53,826 nucleotides of DNA from Prevotella sp. (GTDB lineage: Bacteria; Bacteroidota; Bacteroidia; Bacteroidales; Bacteroidaceae): contig JAEEZP010000009.1 of NCBI GenBank assembly GCA_016291915.1, positions 1 to 53,826 of the forward strand. The letters run 5' to 3'. A model generated the notes under the pieces. The model saw only the letters and a list, made by a program, of their open reading frames with translations. It was not told the DNA's origin and did no database searches. The number at the start of each line of letters is the position of its first letter. Within the stretch, counting starts at the first letter, position 1. Shown here piece after piece: positions 47,134 through 53,826 of this stretch. The position numbers were made by a program, and so were the translations under genes.

Positions 47134-48270
47134 TCACTTGTTCTTCTTATAACTAATGACTGCCCACACAGCCATCACGGAAGAAAGCACGGTAAGAGCA
47201 CCCAACTGATGGGCAATACTCAGGAAATCACCTCCACGTACAAAGACCGTGCGAATCGCATCGATGAAATAACTCATGGGATTGACATAGGTAGTGGCAT
47301 AAGCCCACGACGGCATGGAGCGAGAGGGGGTGAAGAGTCCGCTGAGCAACAACAGACACACTACGAAAAACCACATGACAAAGATGGCTTGCTGCATGGT
47401 GTCTGAATAGTTGGAGACAATAAGCCCGAAAGAGGAAAAGAACAGTGCAAGGAGCATGGCTAAAACATACACCCAGATGAGGGAACCCTGACAGGTGATA
47501 TCATAGATAAGCCACGACAATATGAGACATACCGTAATGATAAAGAGGGCTATCAGCCAATAGGGAATGATCTTGGCAAGGATAAAAGCCCACTTGGGAA
47601 CAGGGGTAACGTTGATCTGCTCGATGGTGCCAGTCTCTTTTTCACCTACGATATTCAATGCCGGCAGAAAGCCCGTCATCAACATCATCACAATAGCCAA
47701 CAATGCCGGAATCATATACAGCTTGTAGTTCTGATACTTATTATAAAGGTTGAGCGTAGAGACTTGCGGAAGAGCAGCTGCCGAAGTTGGTTTTGTAAGA
47801 GCAGCAGACGCAGTGCTGTGAGCCATGGCATTCTGCATGACGATCTGTGAGAGATAGCTTCCTCCGATAGCACCTTTTGTGCCATTAACAGCATTTGCAG
47901 CGATAAGCACTGAGGGCATCTGATGATTCTCTCCCGTGCTGCCCATCAACCTGTCACGGCTATAGTCTTGCGGTATCACCACCACGATATCGGCCCTGCT
48001 CGTCTCTATATCATTGAGTGCTGACTGATAAGTAGGTTTCTGTCCATTGAAGACGAAATAGTTGGAATGCTCGATATCATGGACTATTTGCTGTGAGGAT
48101 ACCGACCGGTCGTTGTCAACGACATCCACCACGACATTCTTTATCTCCATATTCATCACCCAAGGCATCACACACATGATAACAATGGGAAACACAATGA
48201 TCAACTTAGGCAAAAAACCATTCCGCCGTATCTGTAAGAATTCCTTTTGTATGAGATACTTCAGCATCAT
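47134..48270 (-). CDS. ABC-2 type permease (YbhR-like)
   Basis: KEFLQIRR, IVGEKETGTIEQINVTP, LLSGLFTP. Confidence 0.9.
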   Translation of the reverse strand: MMLKYLIQKEFLQIRRNGFLPKLIIVFPIVIMCVMPWVMNMEIKNVVVDVVDNDRSVSSQQIVHDIEHSNYFVFNGQKPTYQSALNDIETSRADIVVVIPQDYSRDRLMGSTGENHQMPSVLIAANAVNGTKGAIGGSYLSQIVMQNAMAHSTASAALTKPTSAAALPQVSTLNLYNKYQNYKLYMIPALLAIVMMLMTGFLPALNIVGEKETGTIEQINVTPVPKWAFILAKIIPYWLIALFIITVCLILSWLIYDITCQGSLIWVYVLAMLLALFFSSFGLIVSNYSDTMQQAIFVMWFFVVCLLLLSGLFTPSRSMPSWAYATTYVNPMSYFIDAIRTVFVRGGDFLSIAHQLGALTVLSSVMAVWAVISYKKNK

Positions 48271-49326
48271 CTACTCTAAACGGTTTTTAAATTTCAACAA
48301 CGAGACAGCAAGCAGGAAGAGCGTCATGCCACTGAGGATGATCACCTCGCTGAACACCTCACGGATACCAACACCCATGATCATCAGTTTACGCATGGCT
48401 GCAATGTAATAACGGGGTGGGACAATGGCTGAAATCCACTGTAGTATTCGTGGCATCGACTCAATAGGGAAAAGCATACCCGACAGCATGACGATGGGCA
48501 TGAGCAACACCATGGCGGAGAGGAGCAATGCCATCAACTGACTGTCGGCAATATTCGAGATAAGCAGTCCGAGTGAGAGGGCCAGCAGGATATAGATAAG
48601 ACTTACCAGAATAATCCATATCAGTGAACCGGCCAAAGGCACATGAAGCACGAAACGTGCCATCAGAAGGATTGTTATGAGGATACAGAAAGCCAAGATC
48701 AGGTAAGGTATGGCTTTGGCAATGATAATCATCAGTGGTTTGACGGGAGAGACAAGCAGCACTTCCATCGTTCCCTTCTCTTTCTCACGGACAATAGAGA
48801 TGGATGTCATCATCGCACATATCAGCATCAGTAACATACCCATGATGGCAGGCACGAAGTTGTATGCCGACTTCATCTGTGGGTTGTAGAGCATCTTCAG
48901 GTTGACAAGCGACATGACAGGGTTGTTCAGCACCTGTTGTGCATATGTGGTCCATTGCTGCGCCATATTTGGGTCAGAACCATCAACCATGAGTTGTATC
49001 TCTTTCTTTTTGGCATAGTCTTTTCCGAAGATCACCGCCAGATCAGCCTTCTGACCACGTATCAGTTGTTCTGCCTCCTGCGGAGTTCCCACGGTAGCAG
49101 TAATATTAAAGTATTCCGATGATGCGAGCCGTTCCGCCGCCTGTTGTGTGAGAGGATCCATCTGTGAAGTCACCACCACCGTACGTACATTCTTAACATC
49201 ATTAGTGATGGCGAATCCGAAGAGCAGCATCAATACGATGGGCATACCGAAGAGGATAAGCATTGTACGCTTATCACGCAGGATATGCCTGGCTTCCTTG
49301 ATGACAAAAGATAAAAACTGTTTCAT
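48271..49326 (-). CDS. ABC-2 type permease (YbhS-like)
   Basis: Start reassigned to ATG 49326 (MKQFL); KEARHILRD, LYNP, IVREKEKGTMEVLLVSP. Confidence 0.9.
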   Translation of the reverse strand: MKQFLSFVIKEARHILRDKRTMLILFGMPIVLMLLFGFAITNDVKNVRTVVVTSQMDPLTQQAAERLASSEYFNITATVGTPQEAEQLIRGQKADLAVIFGKDYAKKKEIQLMVDGSDPNMAQQWTTYAQQVLNNPVMSLVNLKMLYNPQMKSAYNFVPAIMGMLLMLICAMMTSISIVREKEKGTMEVLLVSPVKPLMIIIAKAIPYLILAFCILITILLMARFVLHVPLAGSLIWIILVSLIYILLALSLGLLISNIADSQLMALLLSAMVLLMPIVMLSGMLFPIESMPRILQWISAIVPPRYYIAAMRKLMIMGVGIREVFSEVIILSGMTLFLLAVSLLKFKNRLE

Positions 49327-49330
49327 ACGC

Positions 49331-50836
49331 TTAATCACTTGAACGGGTGGCTTGTCGGGCAAGATAAGTAAACACATGATCCATGTCCGGCTGGTTGTAC
49401 TTCCGTTTCAGTTCTTCAGGGGTTCCCATCGCACTGATCTTTCCATCAACCATAATACTGATACGGTCACAATACTCAGCCTCATCCATATAATGGGTGG
49501 TTACAAAGACCGTTATGCCACGGCCCGCTGCTTCATAGATCAGTTCCCAGAACTGACGACGGGTGGCAGGGTCAACACCACCAGTCGGTTCATCCAGGAA
49601 GACAATTCTCGGTTCATGGAAGATACTGACGGAGAAAGCTAGCTTCTGTTTCCATCCCAAAGGCAAAGAACCTACCAGATCGTTCTTATGTTCTGTGAAC
49701 TGCAGTCTATTCAACAGTTCGTCTGTCTTTACCTTGATATCCTCATTCTTCATCCCGTAGATACCGGCAAAAAGACGGATATTCTCAGCTACGGTCATAT
49801 CTTCATAGAGGGAGAAGCGCTGACTCATATAACCGATATGTTTCTTGATCTGCTCGTGTTCTTTACAGATGTCGTATCCCGCCACTCGCCCTGTACCACT
49901 TGTTGGCTGATTCAGTCCTGTCAGCATGTGCATGGCTGTAGTCTTTCCCGCTCCGTTAGCACCGAGGAATCCAAAGATCTCTCCTTTCTTCACAGTGAAC
50001 GAGATATCATCGACAGCATGGAAACTACCGAAAGCCTTGACAAGATGTGAGACTTCAATGACATTGTCAGAATCAGCGGAAGTTAATTCTTCACTCTTCA
50101 CTATTAACTCTTCATTTCTTTTGATGCCCGGAGGATTGAACACATCCTTAAACTTTTCCAAGATGATTTCCGGAGTGTCGATGCCACGTATACACCCTTT
50201 ATCAAGGAAGGCGACACGCTCACAACAACGTACCTCGTCGAGATAAGGGGTGGAAGCCACAATGGTGATACCACGCTCCTTCAGCATCAGCAACATCTCC
50301 CACAACTCCTTACGGCTCACAGGATCGACACCTGTGGTGGGCTCATCGAGGAACAGTACACTCGGTTGGTGCACAAGGGCACAAGAAAGTGCAAGCTTCT
50401 GTTTCATACCTCCTGACAAAGCACCTGCACGACGATCCTTAAACCGTTCTATCTGTGAGTAGATGGCTTTTATATTGTCGTAACCTTTCTCAACCGTTGT
50501 ACCGAATAATGTCGCAAAGAACTTCAGGTTCTCCTCCACCGTCAGATCTTGATAAAGCGAAAAACGTCCCGGCATATACCCTACCCGCTTACGTATCTCA
50601 TTCATCTGTCCCACTGTATCATAACCTTCGACCGTTGCCTTACCACCATCCGGCTTCAATAAGGTACATAGGATCCGATAGAGAGACGTCTTGCCGGCTC
50701 CATCAGGACCGATGATGCCGAACACCTCACCACTCCTAACAGAGAATGACACATCCTGCAAAGCGCAAACCTTGCCGTAGTGCTTACTGATCCCGTTTAC
50801 TTCAATCGCATTCAAAACCTTAGACTCTATACTCAA
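49331..50836 (-). CDS. Dual-NBD ABC ATPase (YbhF-like)
   Basis: GPDGAGKT..LSGGMKQK..LDEPTTGVD and GANGAGKT..LPLGWKQK..LDEPTGGVD; only TTG starts (50836 or 50815) precede the first Walker A. Confidence 0.92.
   Translation of the reverse strand: MSIESKVLNAIEVNGISKHYGKVCALQDVSFSVRSGEVFGIIGPDGAGKTSLYRILCTLLKPDGGKATVEGYDTVGQMNEIRKRVGYMPGRFSLYQDLTVEENLKFFATLFGTTVEKGYDNIKAIYSQIERFKDRRAGALSGGMKQKLALSCALVHQPSVLFLDEPTTGVDPVSRKELWEMLLMLKERGITIVASTPYLDEVRCCERVAFLDKGCIRGIDTPEIILEKFKDVFNPPGIKRNEELIVKSEELTSADSDNVIEVSHLVKAFGSFHAVDDISFTVKKGEIFGFLGANGAGKTTAMHMLTGLNQPTSGTGRVAGYDICKEHEQIKKHIGYMSQRFSLYEDMTVAENIRLFAGIYGMKNEDIKVKTDELLNRLQFTEHKNDLVGSLPLGWKQKLAFSVSIFHEPRIVFLDEPTGGVDPATRRQFWELIYEAAGRGITVFVTTHYMDEAEYCDRISIMVDGKISAMGTPEELKRKYNQPDMDHVFTYLARQATRSSD
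50085..50117 (-). repeat. 7-mer array inside the inter-NBD linker
   Basis: - strand AAATGAA GAGTTAA TAGTGAA GAGTGAA GAATT encodes NEELIVKSEEL. Confidence 0.7.
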
Positions 50837-50844
50837 AACTAGAA
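50810..50844 (-). repeat. 7-mer array spanning the hlyD stop and the ATPase start
   Basis: - strand TTCTAGT TTTGAGT ATAGAGT CTAAGGT TTTGAAT. Confidence 0.6.
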
Positions 50845-51726
50845 CTTCACTTCGCCGTACATTCCTATTTTGATATAACCGTCGTTGTTCACGGCAATCT
50901 TCACTGCATACACCAAATCTGCCCTTTCATCATCAGTAAGAATGGTCTTAGGAGTGAACTCCGAACGACTGCTGATCCAGGAAACGGCTCCTGGATATTC
51001 TTTCTTTTGTCCACCGCCATAGTCGGCAAATACCTTTACCGACTGTCCTACCTTCACCTGCTGTAACTGTGCGGATGTAACATAGGCACGGATATACATC
51101 TTACTGACATCCGCTATCTTGAAGAGCGGTTTACCCATGGCAACAAACTCACCACGCTCGACATACTTCTCTAACACCGTTCCCTGAACAGGTGCAAGGA
51201 TATGACATTTACGTAACTGATCATACAACTGACTAACCTGTACGTCGGTTGCTGCCATCTGTTTATTCAGGGCATTCGTATTTACAGAAAGAGATGACAT
51301 CTGAGCTGTGAGCTGTCGCTGTAACACCTGCACTTGACTGGTGGCATCATCAAGCATCTTTCTTGGGGCAGCCCCATCGTTGACCAACTCCTGGTAGCGG
51401 CGTTGCTCTTTTTGTGCCTTTGCCAACTGTTCCCGCGTTACGGCTATCTGCTTTTCCATATCAGGTTTCTGACTCTGATATATTGCCTTCGAAGCCTTTG
51501 TCTGTAGAATCTTCAACCATATCTGAGTAGTATCTATCAGTCCTACCTCACGACCCTCCTCTATCTCATCACCTTCATTCAAGGCAAAAGTCATCAGCAC
51601 GCCACTCTGTTCTGCAGAAACTGTCGTCTCTGTAGCCTCGAATGTGCCGGTAGCATCATACGCTTTCTCTTTGGTTCCACAGGCAGACAGTACCAATATC
51701 ATACCTGCTATAATCATCTTTTTCAT
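50839..51726 (-). CDS. HlyD-family periplasmic adaptor lipoprotein (YbhG-like)
   Basis: Start reassigned to ATG 51726; LSA-C lipobox; ILAPVQGTV; SEFTPKTI..R..LVYAVKI. Confidence 0.9.
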   Translation of the reverse strand: MKKMIIAGMILVLSACGTKEKAYDATGTFEATETTVSAEQSGVLMTFALNEGDEIEEGREVGLIDTTQIWLKILQTKASKAIYQSQKPDMEKQIAVTREQLAKAQKEQRRYQELVNDGAAPRKMLDDATSQVQVLQRQLTAQMSSLSVNTNALNKQMAATDVQVSQLYDQLRKCHILAPVQGTVLEKYVERGEFVAMGKPLFKIADVSKMYIRAYVTSAQLQQVKVGQSVKVFADYGGGQKKEYPGAVSWISSRSEFTPKTILTDDERADLVYAVKIAVNNDGYIKIGMYGEVKF

Positions 51727-51733
51727 ATCGGGA

Positions 51734-52996
51734 TTAATTATTTGTTGCATATTTCAAATCGTATATCTCTTTCAGCATTTCAATCTCATGGACTGATCGT
51801 TGTACACGTGCCGCATTCTCGTTATTTATCTCCTTTACCAAATCATTCACATCGATAATTCCATGAGCGAGCTTAGACTCTGCTGCCTTACGTACAGAGG
51901 AACGTAAAGACAGGATCTCTTCATCTGCAGACATCAGCTGACGGTAACGGTTGATGTCCTCATTCTGTTGCAACTGTTCCAACCGGTTGTTGAACAGGAA
52001 TATTTCACGACTGTTTTCTGCCATCTCACGCTGTAACAAGATCTTTTCCCTGTCATTCTTATGCGTATAGAAGGCACCGATATTCCAGGTCAGACGAGCA
52101 CCTATCATACCGTTCAACGACCATGAACGACTCATCATATCCTTGAACATATTATATCCGGGGTAGCCGTAATAGCCGGAAGCGAAGACGGAGAACTTAG
52201 GTTTCAGCGAGGCTGACAACATCTTCTCCTGTGCGTCAGCCAATAAGAGTTGGGCATCGACAAGTCGGAGCTCCGGACGGCTGCCCATAGTACCGACCTC
52301 CATAGCTGCCGGTTTTACGGGTTCCTTCACCTCCAGACCGCAGAAGGTACTGAGCATCATCTGTAACGTTCGTTTCTGCGACTCCATATTGGTGGCTTGT
52401 TGGATGACTTTCAGCCGTTCTGCCTTTACGGAAAGATAATCGCTCTCAGCAGCAGTACCTCGTTTAAACATCGAAGAGAGTTTTTTCTCATTGGCATTAA
52501 GCAACTCCTGTAAATCGTTATTCAACAGTATCTGTTCGTTGAGTAACAGCAAGGCAAAGTACATCTCATTCACACGTTGACGTACCTGATATAAGGTAAC
52601 GGCTGTCTGAGCTTCCTGAACAGCCCCCTGACGCTGAGCTAACTCTTTCTGACTCTGGATCACTCCTCCGTCATAGATAACTTGATTGACATCTACCCCT
52701 ATCTTATATTGATCTTTTTTCAAGCCCTTCATATCAAGTCCCATCTGTTGGTAAACCGACTGCATCTGCTCCGGCCACGATGGCACATCACTCTGATAGG
52801 TAGCCTGGGCAATGGCTGATACTTGTGGCAACCACCCTTTTTGTATGTTCGATACCGTCAAAGAGGTTGTCTTGCCGATTAAATCATACTGTTGTATCAT
52901 AGGATAGTTATGCTCTGCAGCTGTCTGACATTCCTCTAATGTTTGGGCTCCGACCGCCAAAGGGAGCAATAATAACAAAAGTCCCAGTTTCTTCAT
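51734..52996 (-). CDS. TolC-family outer membrane efflux protein
   Basis: VGA-Q signal; TLEEC..A..NYP; WLPQVS; RPEL; helical repeats; first gene of the efflux operon. Confidence 0.88.
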   Translation of the reverse strand: MKKLGLLLLLLPLAVGAQTLEECQTAAEHNYPMIQQYDLIGKTTSLTVSNIQKGWLPQVSAIAQATYQSDVPSWPEQMQSVYQQMGLDMKGLKKDQYKIGVDVNQVIYDGGVIQSQKELAQRQGAVQEAQTAVTLYQVRQRVNEMYFALLLLNEQILLNNDLQELLNANEKKLSSMFKRGTAAESDYLSVKAERLKVIQQATNMESQKRTLQMMLSTFCGLEVKEPVKPAAMEVGTMGSRPELRLVDAQLLLADAQEKMLSASLKPKFSVFASGYYGYPGYNMFKDMMSRSWSLNGMIGARLTWNIGAFYTHKNDREKILLQREMAENSREIFLFNNRLEQLQQNEDINRYRQLMSADEEILSLRSSVRKAAESKLAHGIIDVNDLVKEINNENAARVQRSVHEIEMLKEIYDLKYATNN

Positions 52997-53048
52997 AAAT
53001 GATATATGTTATTCTTATAAACCAAAAATAATAATTCCATTGTCGGTG

Positions 53049-53056
53049 CAAAGGTA
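53049..53056 (-). promoter_or_regulatory. -7 promoter element of the tolC operon
   Basis: CAAAGGTA = TACCTTTG(CA) on the - strand. Confidence 0.75.
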
Positions 53057-53153
53057 CAACAATAATCATCATCTTTCATTATCTTTATTTATGGAATAAT
53101 ATTCTTTTTGTTCGATTCTTATACAAAAAGGAAGGAAAGAACAAAGATTTTGT

Positions 53154-53161
53154 TATCTTTG
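53154..53161 (+). promoter_or_regulatory. -7 promoter element of the AraC gene
   Basis: TATCTTTG 24 nt before ATG 53186. Confidence 0.7.
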
Positions 53162-53185
53162 TATCGGATTAAAGACAATTTACAC

Positions 53186-53826
53186 ATGAGTAGGAAACCA
53201 CAATTAATGAATCTGTTGCGTTTACGTGATATCTTCGAACCACAGATGGAAGAAATACGTAAACAGTTATTTATCAACGACCAATTGGTTGTACTCCACA
53301 GTACATCCGAAATTTTCAAACTCATGATCCGACAAGACCCTCCCTTTATTATAGATGACCATCGTATGGGTATTATCCTGAAAGGAGAAGCATGCATCAA
53401 TTTCAACCTCGTTGACAAACAGGTAAAAGCAGGTACACTCGTTTATCTTGGGCCAGGCTCTATTATCAGTCCTGTCAGCATATCTCCGGATTTTGAAATC
53501 TTTGGATTCGCAGTGACAACAGATTTTCCCTTACCCTTCGCACACGGACAGTTACCACAGGCATTCAATGGACAAGTACGTGATTTCCAGTTACCTGTCT
53601 GTGAGGCAAATCTCGATACTGCCCAGCAGATTCTCAACACGCTATGGCATGTCGTACATCAGAAAGACTACAGTCAACAAGTGGTGGCCAGCCTCATTGC
53701 CGCACAGATGCATCATTACGACTATGTCTTCCGACAGTACACACAACACCAGCAAAACTCACAAAGCAGAGAACAAACCATCTTCGACCGGTTTCTTTAT
53801 CTTGTCAACCGACATGCTACCCATGA
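53186..53826 (+). CDS. AraC-family transcriptional regulator, 5' part (runs off the window; missing from the ORF track)
   Basis: Hand translation MSRKPQLMNLLRLRDIFEPQ..GIILKGEACINFNL..LVYLGPGSII..SREQTIFDRFLYLVNRH is open to the end; cupin-like sensor plus the pre-HTH motif of Bacteroidales AraC proteins; the HTH itself is not visible. Confidence 0.75.
   Translation, partial: MSRKPQLMNLLRLRDIFEPQMEEIRKQLFINDQLVVLHSTSEIFKLMIRQDPPFIIDDHRMGIILKGEACINFNLVDKQVKAGTLVYLGPGSIISPVSISPDFEIFGFAVTTDFPLPFAHGQLPQAFNGQVRDFQLPVCEANLDTAQQILNTLWHVVHQKDYSQQVVASLIAAQMHHYDYVFRQYTQHQQNSQSREQTIFDRFLYLVNRHATH

Noticed and set aside
53119-53826. ORF-track entries 53119-53418, 53443-53640 and 53644-53826
   Set aside because: Shadows of the real + strand AraC frame starting at 53186

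Overview
53.8 kb of a Bacteroidales chromosome, very likely Prevotella-like (TAnnTTTG -7 promoters, Gln-starting mature secreted proteins, porPKLMN). Left to right: (i) a 12.4 kb operon with a TonB-dependent receptor, a DUF4876-like lipoprotein, a second OM beta-barrel and three tandem signal-peptide proteins that keep gingipain/C25-type catalytic motifs (HG...ACYNG) fused to HEAT-like repeats, the best candidate for an undescribed import-and-periplasmic-proteolysis system; (ii) housekeeping genes (gamma-CA, ExuT-like MFS, waaA, gltX, 7TM-HD phosphodiesterase, FadL-like OMP, priA); (iii) a 1.2 kb non-coding stretch packed with palindromic/REP-like elements and a 470 bp inverted-repeat-bounded element; (iv) the T9SS core operon; (v) a Thr-rich secreted protein and two GT-C-like (DUF6056-like) membrane proteins, converging on an operon of T9SS cargo adhesin, OM barrel, TANFOR-like protein, lipoprotein, GtrB-like GT2 and deacetylase; (vi) an internally deleted alanine/glycine symporter, an ABC exporter, a TolC-HlyD-ABC efflux operon and a truncated AraC regulator. 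Strand-biased 7/8-mer arrays and a family of CGAAG-capped palindromes recur at gene ends, at a promoter and inside coding sequence. No rRNA, tRNA, CRISPR or transposase gene was seen. Family names come from motif recognition, not database searches.
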